A stretch of DNA of 63,980 bases, the filler included, from Reclinomonas americana ATCC 50394 (taxonomy: Eukaryota): assembly GCA_048213135.1 (NCBI GenBank). It is 6 parts of 3 records of this genome, joined end to end, with 100 filler letters (N's around TTAATTAATTAA, not from the genome) between each part and the next. Parts side by side here need not be neighbours in the genome. Positions count along the whole stretch, not along the records: positions 8,949 to 20,090 come from PS015097.1; positions 20,191 to 49,766 come from PS015097.1; 4 more parts are not named here. The stretch is one strand, 5' to 3'. The notes under the pieces were generated by a model. It ran no database searches and had not been told where the DNA came from. It saw only the letters and a program-made list of their open reading frames with translations. Position 1 is the stretch's first letter, and every line of letters starts with the position of its first letter. Positions 12,896 through 25,084 of the stretch are shown here, one piece after another. The translations under genes were made by a program, and so were the position numbers.

Positions 12896-15800
12896 TTACT
12901 GCAAGTCACTGGGGCAGTGCAGCAGTTCTCGAATGGCCATGGTGGCGTAGCACGATGGGGCGAGGTTGAAAGACACGCGGAGAGCAGTGTACCGTCCATC
13001 TGTGCGAGCCAGATGAGAGAAGAAGAAAAACAACACAGGCGCCAGTGTTTTACAGAAACAAACCAGGCACGGATTGCGGTGGCGGCCGTCCCTCCAGCAC
13101 GTCCATGTCCGAGTGCGACAACTGCAGCGTCGGGTCATCGTACTGCACAAAGTCCCTGATCGTGCAGCGTTCAGTGACATCACATGCACGGCACTCGTCA
13201 CACGACCGGAACGTACCACGACATGTCGGTGGGCTTGGCCACCACCGGTCGGTAGCCACCAACGAGGCTGAATTCGCTACGGAAGCAAAAAAAACCATAC
13301 ATGGATAATTAGGGGGTGGCACACATGGACTGCAGGACTGCTGACAATACGCAACACCAAGTTGGTGCGGAAGAGCTCCAGCGTGACACCGTCACGTGCC
13401 AGGCGATCGACATACATGGCACCGATCTCGTTCTCCGGGAGGCGAATGTTGAAGCCGGGGAACGGCAGCACCACGTCCTCCAGCGTGTACTGATCGACAG
13501 TCTCGGCGGTCAACACAGTTACCTCAACAGCAGGCGCGGCGCCACCACTGCCGCTGCCGCTTGCTCCACTACTGTCTTCCTCATCGGCCGCTGCCGCTGC
13601 TGTTGCGACCGTTACCTCGGAAGCTTCCACGCCCTCCTCGGCGGCCAGCGTGGCCAGATCGTCGGCATCGGCGGCACTGCCACGCGACAAGACAAGGTCG
13701 CCGATCTACGAGTCGACAGTGAGCACCTCGACAACCAGCTGATCTCGGCAACAAAACGCGGACGCACCACTGGTCGGCGGCCAAATCGCTCGATGCGCTC
13801 GCTGCACATCTCGTTGAAGACCAGACTCTGGTACGCGTGCACAAAGATCATGCGTGTGCTGCGCATAATCTGTCCTTGCCCATCCCCACATTAGACGAGT
13901 AGAGAGACATGTGCATCACATCACCAGCGACGTAACTCGTGCGACTGCGTTCTGGTAGCCACGCGGCATTTGTTGCAGCGACGCCATGACAGCACGCTCG
14001 GAGATCATCTTTCGCGGCATCAACTTCATGGCTGGCGAAGGGCACATACAATGAGTGTTACGCGTTGCCAGCAAAACGAGGCGACGTACCCGTGTCCAGA
14101 TCGCCTCTGGCAAAAGCGTGACGAGCCGCCACTGCGTCGGCCACCACATCTGAACATGGATGGCATCACAGGTGAGGGAGCGGTGAGAACACTGCGATTC
14201 ACCACGGAGGCGCCGCGCACCGACTTGTCGAGGAGCCATCAGGAGTTCCACCGCCTGCTGCCAGTCGTGCTTGATCATGGCCAAGCCAATGGTGGCGTTG
14301 TTGACACTCGATGATCCGAATCTGGTCGACACGTCAGTGGAGAGAGTGCACGTACGACGGCTGCAAAACACATTGTGCAACCTCTGCAGTCCGTAGTAAT
14401 TGATAAAACCGTGCTCGGCGAGAGCGCGCAGGTTTGTCTCCACTTGCTCGTGCGGCGATTCGAGAGCACTGCAGCAGCAACAGTGAGCTTGCGGTACCCC
14501 TGCCCACACATCGATTGTCGCCCGCACCGTACAATGAGCTGGAAGCGATTGCCGCCGAGTTCGCCGAGTCGGATTTCACGATCGACAAATCTGCGCGTGC
14601 GCATGAGTGTGGCGATGTGCAATTGGAGCAAAGAGCGTGACTGTCGGTGGCGCAACTTGAAGTTTCCGACATGGAGCCAATTGAATCGCTCGGCAGCACG
14701 CAGTACGCGGCTGGGCCGGAGATGCATGGCGCGGACCTCCTGCACCGTGATACCGCGCTTATCCTTGGTGCCTGCGTACGACAAGTTCTTGGGCTGTATG
14801 CTGCGCGCATACGCGGAGAGATGAGTAACGTGTGCGATGCAGCAGATCGATTTTTCTCTCTGTCGAGTCGAACCTCAGTGCGCTCGCCAACATGGACACA
14901 GCTGCGGCCGTGTCGGTGTTGACTTTGAGCAGCCGGAAAGAGAGAAAGCGTGGCACACTCGCCGGCCACCTGTCGCGTGAGCGGTAATCGAGTGATGCGC
15001 CGGCGGCTGCACAGCGAGAGGTGAGAGTGGCTTCTCACAAGGCACATTCCAATAAGAGTACACACGCACCCTCTTCGTCCCGGCCACCTCTGCCGCCTCC
15101 GCGACCGCGTCCACGGCCACCACCACCACGGCCGCCACGGCCGCCACCACCAGCGCGTAGCGCAGCAGCCTTGGCCTGCACTCGCACAGCGCGGTCATCG
15201 CCGTCGACATGTGTGTCCGACACAAAGGCCGAGTGCCACTGTGTGCGACACGGACGAGTCAGCAGATGCACAGCAGATCGTAGTGCAACGACGAGCACCT
15301 TCTTGATGTGCCCGTGCACAGCGCTTCGCTTGTCTTTCGACGCCTCAGCCTGTGGCACCGGGGTGAGCAGCGGGTGAGGAAAATACAAAAAAAGCGGTCG
15401 CACTCGACGCACCGCAAACACAAAAATGTTGCTTGTACTCTCCGAGTCCCGGAGGAAGGATGCGAAACGCTGCGCCTCTTCGGCGCCCACAAGCTCCTGC
15501 AATTCGCCAGTCGCCGCTTCCGTGGAGTCTCCGGCGGCAGCCGGAACGGCTTCTCGCACGACAAACGCCGACTGCATGCCACCGATCCACGAATGAAAAA
15601 CAGAGAGCGCAGGACGAGCGATGAGTGTAGCACAAGACAGACCTCGTCGTAGCTATTGTCGGTGAGATGGAGTACGGTGCCGTCAAGTGCAATCTCGTTG
15701 ACCAGAAAGTCGGAGAATGTGAAGAACCAGTTGTCAAGGGCGAGCACAACAAACGAGTGGGCAACAACAGGAAAGAAAACACAAAGGATATCTGTCCTTG

Positions 15801-16099
15801 AGGAGGCCGTTCATGGGCGCGGCCTCTGGGTTGAGGAAGGCACGAATTCCACACGGGTCTTCGCCGAGCGGGTGCGTGCGACGGCGCGATGCCAGTGGCC
15901 CCACATCATTGGACTGAGCCAGCTGTGATGCAGAAGTCAGGAAGGAAAAATACACCATACGAGGGCTGCGGCGGTGTCCATGTACCTCGGAGTCGACAGC
16001 GGCTGCTGTGCGCTTGCGCGGTGGCTGCTCGACTTCGTCGTCCTCGGCAGCGGCACTGTCACGCTCTCGTTTTCTGCTGCTGCTGCCATCGACGTCCAT
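12896..16099 (-). CDS. PUS7: Pseudouridine synthase, TruD family
   Basis: Motifs GLLKDR/FSDFLVNEI, SYAGTKDKRGITVQ (catalytic Asp), LGELGGNRF, GFINYYGLQR/FG, FVHAYQSLVFN, DVVLPFPG, SCYATMAIRELL, joined by many short introns. Confidence 0.95.
15719..15791 (-). other. U12-type (minor spliceosome) AT-AC intron, 73 nt, in PUS7
   Basis: Minus strand: gacag|ATATCCTTTG...CCCTTGAC(14 nt ending AC)|attctcc. Removal restores KDR-FSDFLVNEI in frame. Confidence 0.93.
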
Positions 16100-16187
16100 C
16101 GCAGACTGATAACACCAATACTCATCAGCTACACTGCAGAAAAAAGAAGAAAAGAACAGAAAGAGATAGAGTGTGTGTACGTGCGCG

Positions 16188-17315
16188 CTACTCCACTGTC
16201 ATGCACTCGTGCAGCAGGCGCTCGACCAGGTTGAGCGGCAGGCCTTGAACCGAATCAATGGCGCCGTCGATTTCGCGCACGTACTCGCTCATTCGCGGAT
16301 GTTCGACAATGAAGCCGCCAGCAGTCGTCAGGAACTCGGGCAGATGCGCCTGCAGGGAGAGAGAGAGAGGTCAGCGGAAAAGAGATGCAAACAAACAACA
16401 AATGCTGCGCACCAGTTCCTGAATTCGGTCTTCCGGAATTTCTGACCAGTGCACCGTGGCCACGTCGACATCCTTGCAAATCTTGCCTGCTCTCCAGCGT
16501 CAGCAGCAGCAGCAGCAGCAAAAGAGAGGAAAGAAAAAAGTGGCAAAAGCATACAAGCACTGGGGCTTCCCAAGTGGTCCCCCACCCTAGTACTGACCCA
16601 GCTGAACGCGGCTTAACTTCACAGATCGGACGGGATGTGGTGTTTTCCGCGTCATGTGGCCGTATGCGACTGCTTGAGCGAAAGAGTGCACGGGGGGATT
16701 GCAGGAAGAGTGCAGGAAGAGTGCAGGAAAGAGAGCACAAATAGCCCACTCTGCGTGCCACACACACACACACACCAGTCTTGAGGTTGGAGGCGACCAC
16801 CGCCGAGAATGTTTGCACCGACGAGTTGGAGTAGGAGCTGCAACATGCGACAGTGAGCACACACACAACGCACAACAGCACAGAACACACACACACCGAA
16901 TGAACTCGACGGCCTCCTCCACGCTCTCGGGCTTCTCGCGCACCACGCCATTGTAGACAGTGACCTGGTCGCACGTGAGCAGCACCCAAGTGTCGGCCGA
17001 GTGCATGTACTTGTCGGCGTCGGCGGCCACCACCGTGCTCATGAGTCGCTCCCGCTTCGCCGAGGCAATCGTCAGCGGCAGCACATGCGGGTCGGCATTC
17101 TGGCGCAGCGCCGGGTCCTTCTCGTCAATGTTGGGGTCCATGGTCTCGTAGGTGCCTGAAAAGCGTGTGTCAGAGAGTGTGCATGCATGCATGTGCGTGT
17201 GCGTGTGTGAATGCACACCGGCGCCAAGCAGCTGGTTGAGAATGCTTTGCCGGAACTTGCTGGTGGAGCCGAGAATGATCTTGGCGCCATGGAAGGTGAC
17301 GAGAGAGGATGCCAT
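16188..17315 (-). CDS. maf: Maf-family nucleotide pyrophosphatase
   Basis: KIILGSTSKFRQSIL, PNIDEK, LLTCDQV..NGVVREKPES, AGGFIVEHP, DSVQGLP; five exons. Confidence 0.92.
16549..16667 (-). rRNA. 5S rRNA: 5S rRNA gene (119 nt), inside Maf intron 3
   Basis: Minus strand GCATACGGCCACATGACGCGGAAAACACCACATCCCGTCCGATCTGTGAAGTTAAGCCGCGTTCAGCTGGGTCAGTACTAGGGTGGGGGACCACTTGGGAAGCCCCAGTGCTTGTATGC, then TTTT. Conserved CCCGTCCGATC, AAGTTAAGC and AGTACT; helices I, II, IV and V pair. Confidence 0.95.
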
Positions 17316-17412
17316 TGGCGCAGCGCAGAGTTTTTATGAAATTGGTGAGTGCCACACAGGACGCGGCGTGCGCACTCTGCCTCTGCTGCCGCTGCTGCTC
17401 GCGAAGCGATGC

Positions 17413-17860
17413 TCACTTGCGCTTGTCCGAGTCCTTGACGGTCTGCGCGGGGGGCGCCAGCACCGCAAAGATGACGGCGAAGATCGTGCACAGAGCGCCC
17501 CACGCAATGTTCACTGCAAGACGACGGTGTGAGACACACGAAAGACAGCGACGTGAAGAGAAACAAGGCGCAACTCTGCGGGTCAAACATATTGGCATTG
17601 AAGAAGCAGTACGCCTGGGCGGCGGCGCCAATCAGCATTGAGCTGGCGGCAGCATGAGCAAAGGCCTGCGCAATTTGGTTCACCATGCACACAGTTAGTG
17701 GCACTTGCACAGAGCGAGCGTGAGAGGCATATGGAGGAACACTACGTGCGTGGGCTTGACGGAGAGAGGAGATCTAGGGGGAAGAAGACGTGCGCGGAGA
17801 ATTAGGTATCTCTCTCTTGCTCTTGCTTCTGTCGCTCTCCATTGCTGCACCAGCGCGCAC

Positions 17861-17896
<36 letters not shown>

Positions 17897-18016
17897 TGTG
17901 TGTGTACGTGCTACTCTTAATTCTACTTTGTGCGCGTATGTATGTCAAGCCTCACCCGAGTGAGCGTAGCAGTGCAGAAAATGCCGCTGAGCATGATGCA
18001 GAGCACTCCAAGAGAC

Positions 18017-18077
<61 letters not shown>

Positions 18078-18379
18078 CAAGTCAGCAAGAATATGCACTG
18101 AAGAGAGACGGCATTCGACACGCAACTGAGTGAGAGCGAGCGCCGCGGTGACTTGCTCATCGGAAGCTCCCTCCGCGAGCAGCTTTGGCATGTGCACTGC
18201 CAGTGTGTGTGCGTGAGGGGGAGGGGGAGGGGGGAGGGTGGCAATTGCAAACCCTCTCTCAAATTCACACACAGCACCACGCAACATTCGACCACCGTAC
18301 GCGGTGCCGCGATGAAGAACACGCCAGTGGCGGTGTAGTAGGTGGAGAGGAAGAGCAGGAACACGCGACCAAAGCCCAT
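17413..18379 (-). CDS. Small ~4-TM membrane protein, paralogue 1
   Basis: Spliced MGFGRVFLLFLSTYYTATGVFFIAAPRTVVE/LHMPKLL.../SLGVLCIMLSGIF.../AFAHAAASSMLIG.../MNIAWGALCTIFAVIFAVLAPPAQTVKDSDKRK*; homologous to the adjacent gene. Confidence 0.75.
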
Positions 18380-18773
18380 GATGGATGTCAAGGAAAAATC
18401 GATCGATTGATGATGCCACAGGACAGAGTTTCGGGAGATGCGGGCACAAGCTCGATCCTGTGTTCTACAGGCACTCCCTGCCGCATCACCTTCCCGCGAA
18501 GTGCACTCGACAATGCATCAAATGTAAGAGCGACTTCACGACATCATGACAACACGCCTTTCCGAAGCCAGGCGACCACAGAAGCAGGTGCATGACGACC
18601 TCTGCCTTGAGGAACGAAGGTGAGGTTCCGGATTTGCGAGCAGGAGAAGGTACAGCGCGATCGATATCTCGCTCCTCCGAAGCTGAGCCAGCTGGCGAAT
18701 CCACGAGGCAAGGCAAGTCCTCATCAGAGGAGAGCTCCGCGAATTCGTGCAAGAGCGTTCCGCAGTCGTTTTA

Positions 18774-19449
18774 CTACTTGTGCTTGTCGGCATCCGGCAC
18801 CCGCCTGGACGGTGGTGCCAGCAGGAGCATCATGGTGGCACTCAGCACGAGCGACGCAGACCACGCCATGCCCGCTGTGGGTGGACACAAACACTTGACA
18901 AAGCATGCAGCACAACAACAACAAAACATGCAGATGCACACCTGTCGTGTTCACAGTGGCGGCGTTCTTGAGCGTGGAGACCGCCAGCGCAGCAGCGAGA
19001 AGCATCAGCGAGACAGCACCAGCGCGTGCAAAAGGCTGCGGAACAACACACACACACATCAGACAGCATCTCGCACACAAGCGCATACACAGAACACGCG
19101 TAACTCGTGAGGGTGTCGCCGACCAGAGCACCGCCGAGACAAAGAACAACACCACGCCAATCGATCTGCCAGTCATCGATCAATTCACGCGCATTTGCTC
19201 TTCTTTTTTCTGCGTTCCTCACGCAACTGCACCAAGGCAACAGCACCACGAATCTGCTCACTCACTGCAGTCGCGTCCACCAGCCGCGGCATGTGCACTT
19301 CATGCGCAGAGAAGTGTGAGACAACAAGGCATAGTAATGTGGAGCAAATAACAGACGCAACAGTCCAGCATGAACCGCGGTGCAAACACGCACAGTGCGC
19401 CCACGCAAGTGAAGGCCGTGGAGAGCAAGAGGAGGAACGCCCGAGACAT
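18774..19449 (-). CDS. Small ~4-TM membrane protein, paralogue 2
   Basis: MSRAFLLLLSTAFTCVGALCVFAPRFMLD/LHMPRLV.../SIGVVLFFVSAVLWSATPSR/PFARAGAVSLMLL.../AGMAWSASLVLSATMMLLLAPPSRRVPDADKHK*; same four intron positions as paralogue 1. Confidence 0.75.
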
Positions 19450-20004
19450 AGTGATTGCAAGTCAATTGGCGTGCAATTTCGTTGTTTTTTGGCCTTTTTT
19501 GTGTGTTTTGTGTTTGTGAGCATAGTATGAGCACTCTCGATGAGACCGAGGCCATGAATGGTGTGTGTGGCGCGCATATGTGTGAGACAGAGAGGCAGAG
19601 AGAGCGCGCAGTGGCGGCGTTCTTTTTTTGTGTGTGCGTGTGAGTGCCATCTCGCTCGTAACGATTTTTTTCGTTTGTGTGTGTCTGTGTGCGCGTGTGT
19701 GTGTGTCCACTGTCTGGCTCTTTGAATGTGTGCGTGTGTGTGTGCGTGCGCGCGCTTCTTGTTGTGTGCACGATCACGCGTGCCTGTGTTGTTTGGGCAT
19801 GTCACAGTCGACTTGTCGCGCTCTCGCTCCTTCTTTGTCGTGTGCGTTTGTGTGTGTGTGTGTCTTTGTTGTGAGTTGCCTCTCATGGTGGTGGTTCCAT
19901 GATCCTCATCTGCGAATGTTCGCATGAGCGTGTGCAAGAGACAGACAGACGCGCGTCGCGACGACGACGCGTGTCACACGTGTAGACAGAACACCTTGTG
20001 GCGT

Positions 20005-20090
<86 letters not shown>

Positions 20091-20271
20091 NNNNNNNNNN
20101 NNNNNNNNNNNNNNNNNNNNNNNNNNNNNNNNNNTTAATTAATTAANNNNNNNNNNNNNNNNNNNNNNNNNNNNNNNNNNNNNNNNNNNNTCCCTCTTGT
20201 GATGCTCTTTGTAACGATCTTGAGTCAGTGACGTGCTTCCATTTCTTTCTCTCACGATTGTTCTTCTGCAG

Positions 20272-23200
20272 GCTGCCGCTGGAGCTGGAATGTGTATCCG
20301 GCTTCACGCGTGGAGAGCCAGCGACTGGTGAGTGGAAAAGAAGATGACACACACACACATAGAGGGAGAGAGAGAGAGAGAGCTTCCTCTACGCGCCTTT
20401 CCCCTTCAATCCCCTTTCCTCACCAAACCCACGATCACCAGGTTGTCCCCTTGGCGTGCCTGTACACGCCCAAGAAGGAGATTCCGAACCTGCCGGCGCT
20501 GCCGTATGGTGTGTCGCCCTCCAAGCTGTTTCTCGCCAGTTGTTCCAGTCGTGCTCACACAGCTTTGAATCACAGAGCCTGTGTGCTGCCGCAGCTGCGC
20601 CAGCAAGCTGTCGCCCTACTGGTGCGTGTTGTCGGACCGACTCGCAGCTGCGCATGGTGCCTGACCCTCTCTCACGAACACAGCCGCGTGGAACTGGCCT
20701 CCAAGACGTGGACGTGCCCCTTCTGCACCACTCGCAACCAGTTCCCGCCGCACTATGGTGAGTGCTTCCCGTGCATGCACCTGTTGCCAAAACGGAAGCT
20801 GACCACCGCCATCGTGCACAGCGAACATCTCAGAGACGCAGCTGCCGGCGGAGCTGTTCCCGCAGTACACCACCATTGAGTACACGCTGCAGACGAGCCC
20901 GCAGGTGACAAGATTTGTTTTTTATTTTCGCTCTCGGATGCCCTATCTCACCCCTCCCTCTCCCTTCCCTTTCGACCCCACAGCCACCGGTTGTGCTCTT
21001 TGTGATCGACCTGTGCATGCCGGAGGAGGAGCTGAAGGCCGTGAAGGACTCGATCCTGCAGTCGGTCAACCTGCTGCCGCCGCACTTTTTGGTCGGCCTC
21101 ATCACATTCGGCACGTTTATCAACGTGTATGAGCTCTCGTACACCGAGTGCTTCAAGTCGTACTGCTTCCGTGGCAACCAGGAGTTTACGGCGGAGCAGC
21201 TGCAGGAGACGCTGCAGTTGCTGGCTGCACCGGCGCACGGACTGGCCATTCCCAACCGGTGAGCGAGTGCCTTTCTCCTTTCTCCCTCTCCCCTCCTCCC
21301 CTCCTCCACCCTCCTCTCTCTCTCTCTTCTCTAAATTTTCCCTCTCGCAGATTTGTGCAACCGTGGAACGCTCCCGACGTCGATGTGACTCTGTCGTCGA
21401 TTCTGGAGGAGTTGTCGCCCGACCCGTGGCCGGTGAAGCACAACAACCGTGCTCACCGCTGCACTGGTGCCGCGCTGTCGCTGGCCATTAACCTGCTGGA
21501 GCTGACTTGCGTCGGCTCGGGCGGCAAGATCATGCTGTTCCTGGGCGGCCCGTGCACGGCTGGACCCGGCACTGTGGTTGGTGAGTGCACTATCATCATC
21601 ATCATCACATCGGCGCGCGCCATTTGCACCTTTCACTCACTCACGCATTCTTGGGGGCAGGCATTCCGTTCACGGAGCAGATGCGTTCGTACAACGACAT
21701 CAACAAGGGTCGTGCGCAGTACATGGCCAAGGCCACCAAGTACTACGAGGGCCTGGCGGAGAAGTGCATTCGCAACTGCCACTCGGTGGACGTGTACTCG
21801 GCCAGTTTCGATCAGGTCGGTCTGCTCGAGCTGCGCGATCTCGTGCACAACTCTGGCGGCTACATGTACACCACTGAGGAGTTCAACTCGGACTGCTTCC
21901 GCAAGGTACGCCTCACGACGATCACTGCAAATGGACGGGCGTGTGTATCACTCATAATTGTGCGCAGACCATGGAGCGCGTGTTTGCGCAAAACGCCCAG
22001 TACGAGCTGACCATGGGCTTCAACGGCCTGGTGGAGGTGCAGACGAGCTCCGAGTGGAAGATCTCCGGCGCCATTGGCCCGTGCGTCAGCATGCGCAAGG
22101 CGTCGCCGAGTGTCGGCGACTTGGAGATTGGCGAGGGCAAGACGTGTGCGTGGCGCGTGTGCGGGCTCGCCCAAGACACCACGCTGGGCATCTATTTTGA
22201 AGTCGTCAGCCAGGTTGGTCTCTTGGCGAGCATCGTGTCCCTGTTTCGCGATACTAATTACCCTTCCCTTGCCCTTTTCTTCCTCCACTGCAGCACAATG
22301 CCCCGCTGCCACCCGACGCGCAGCGTTTCATCCAGTTCAGCACCGTGTACCAGCACTCATCGGGCCAGCGTCGCCTGCGCGTGACCACCTTGGCCTACCG
22401 CTGGGGCTCCACCGACCACATGGCGGACCTGGTGACTGGATTTGACCAGTACGCCTCGATTGCGCTCATGGCGCGCATGGCGGTGGAGAAGACGAAGCAC
22501 GAGCCGACCATGGACATTTTGCGCTGGCTCGATCGCAACCTCATTCGTCTCATGGCGCGCGTGGCCGAGTACGAGAAGGATGCGCCGCAGACGTTCCGCT
22601 TGTCGCCCATGTTCCTGCTGTTCCCGCAGTTCATGTTCCACTTGCGCCGCTCGCCGTTCCTCCAAGTGTTCAACCACTCGCCCGACGAGACCACCTTCCA
22701 CCGTTGCATCTTGATGCGCGAGAACGCCCGCAACACGGCCATGATGATCCAGCCGCACCTGCGCAAGTTCTCGTTCAAGGGTCCGCCCGAGTCGGTGCCG
22801 CTCGACGCCGCCTCGATTGAGCACGACGCCATTTTGCTCCTCGACACCTACTTCCACGTGGTGGTCTTCCACGGCGATGTGCGTAGCAGTTGAAAGTGGC
22901 TTTCACTTGCTCTCGTGCGGCGAGCTGACCTGAGTTGTTTACCTTTCTCTGTTTGTCGCACAACAGACGATTGCGCAGTGGTTCAAGGAGAAGCTGCAGG
23001 ATCGGCCCGAGTACGAGCACTTCCGCAAGCTGCTGGGTCACCCGGAGGCCGAGGGCATGAAGCTGCTGGAGAACCGCTTCCCGCGCCCGCGCTTTGTGAC
23101 ATGCGCGCAAGGGTCGAGCCAGGCCCGTCTCCTGACGTCCAAGCTCAACCCCAGCATCACGCACAAGAACATGGGCGGCGTGCAGTCGGGAGCCGGCGAG

Positions 23201-23272
23201 GTCATCATGACGGATGATGTGTCGCTGCAGGTGTTTATGGAGCGCCTGGTGCAGCTGGCGGTGCAGCAGTAG
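20272..23272 (+). CDS. SEC23: COPII coat subunit Sec23 (5' end missing)
   Basis: RWSWNVYP, zinc finger CRSC...WTCPFC..RNQFPPHY, LFVIDLC, RCTGAAL, FLGGPCTAGPG, GFDQYAS, FPQFMFHLRRSPFLQVFN, GSSQARLL, TDDVSLQVFM. Confidence 0.97.
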
Positions 23273-23921
23273 AGGAGCACCCCTTGGGTGTGTGTGCGAC
23301 GGCGGCGAAATACAGTAAGATGTGGCGAGTCCATTAAACAAAAGAGAAGAAGCGAATGACGATGATGGCGATGTACGCGATCATGAGGTTCACTAAAATT
23401 GGGGTTGGTTGCTGTAAAGATGCGAAGGAAGGAAGGAGTGGGAGAGAAAGAGAGAAGGACCGGGAAGCAGGCACAGTCGACAGGGTCACAGCAAATTTCG
23501 TGTCGACGGCCGCACTTCCGAAGCGAGGAGACCAAAGGAGGAGAGAATCAACAGCAACGGGGACAGGGCACACAGGTAGGTAGGTAATCATAATGAGACT
23601 AGGGGAATAGCCACGTGGTCGTGGCAAGACAATGGCGAGAGCATTGCAGGCCGAGAAGGGGCGCGCCAGCAGAACGCCAAGTCTTGCACTCGACACACGA
23701 AAGCGGTGATGAGGGCAGCAAAGGCCGGCAACAAATCAAACACGCAAGACACGGAGAAAACAATGAAAGAAATCGCACACGAATGAGACAACAAGCGGCA
23801 GGAAGAAAAATGTCATGGAAAACAATGAGGGGAAACAGTGCTAGCGGATGAAGAGAAAATGAGGACACACGAGAAAAATAGACATGGTGCTAGTAGAAAA
23901 TGGGAAGGAAGGGAGGTGGTG

Positions 23922-25039
23922 TCAGTGGATTGAGGCGCGGTACGACGCCACCAGCGACTGCACAATGCGGTTCGGCACCAGCGTCGCGTCCGTCAGCGGC
24001 TCACGCGTCACTGGAGAAACTTGGTTCGACGACAGCCTATCACGAGAAACAACAAAGTCAGAAGTCAAGCGAGAATATGAAAAGGCCACGACAATGCACG
24101 CAACCACTCAGTAATGGCGGAGCGCTCGTACGTGTTGCCATCCTGTGCCACCACCGGGTCCTCGAACAGCAAGTTACTGATTGGACAGACGAGTGCGCGT
24201 GGAGGCTCGCTCGATTTGTGCGGCGCGAACCACAGCCCGCCTGCATGCCAACAAGCCGCGCGGTGTTAGCATCATCACAGAGAGAGGGAGAGAGAGAGAG
24301 CAGAGAGGAAAAGGGGGGCGCACCATCACGAGCGCCTGCCTCATCGGGCAACAACAGTTCGGCGGCAAATAACATGATCTTGCGCCGATCGCCAAACACG
24401 TGGATGCCGAGGTCTTTGAGATCGCCGTCGCTAAGCGTCTTCAAGATGCGCACATCATCAATGCCATTGGCCTTGAAGAGATCCTGGTAGCGATCGAGGC
24501 GACACGAACGAAGCCAACGAGACACTTCGTTCTGTGACTCGCCGGCATTGGGGACGGCTGCCGACGCGGTCCCACCGGCGGCACCACTGCCTGGCGCCGT
24601 CGACAAGCCGCTGCCGAGGGTCATCGCAGAGGGCGTGCCAAAGAACAGGCTGCTGCCCTGCTCCGAGTCGGAGCCAAAATGTTCAAACTACACAACAGAC
24701 AACATCAGGTGAGACGACTCAACCCCTCGTCCTTCTCGCACACACATGCGCCCACGTACCAACGACGGTGCCACAGACTCGCGGACCGAATGGCCGTTGG
24801 AGAGGCCGCCGGTGGCGTCGAACAGTGAGAACTGACGGAACGCCTCCTCAAAGTCCAACGAGTCGCCGAGGCTGGCGGGCGCTGGCGCAGGGCGCGGCAC
24901 CACAGGCGAGTTGACGGCCGAACCCATGCCATTTGACGCCAACAGGCCCAAGGTCGTCTGCGGCGGCGAGCCCGCGCTGCCCATGGTGGTCAGCGGCGAG
25001 GCAGACGGGTCGACCACTGTCGGCGGTGGTTGCTGCTGC

Positions 25040-25084
<45 letters not shown>

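Noticed and set aside
17735-17773. Possible extra exon in membrane paralogue 1
   Set aside because: Paralogue 2 aligns without it, and direct 17955-17666 splicing keeps the frame.
18387-18398. Perfect U12 branch-like TTTTCCTTGAC on the minus strand
   Set aside because: Immediately upstream of an ATG, with no RTATCC donor upstream and no AG/AC acceptor at the right distance.
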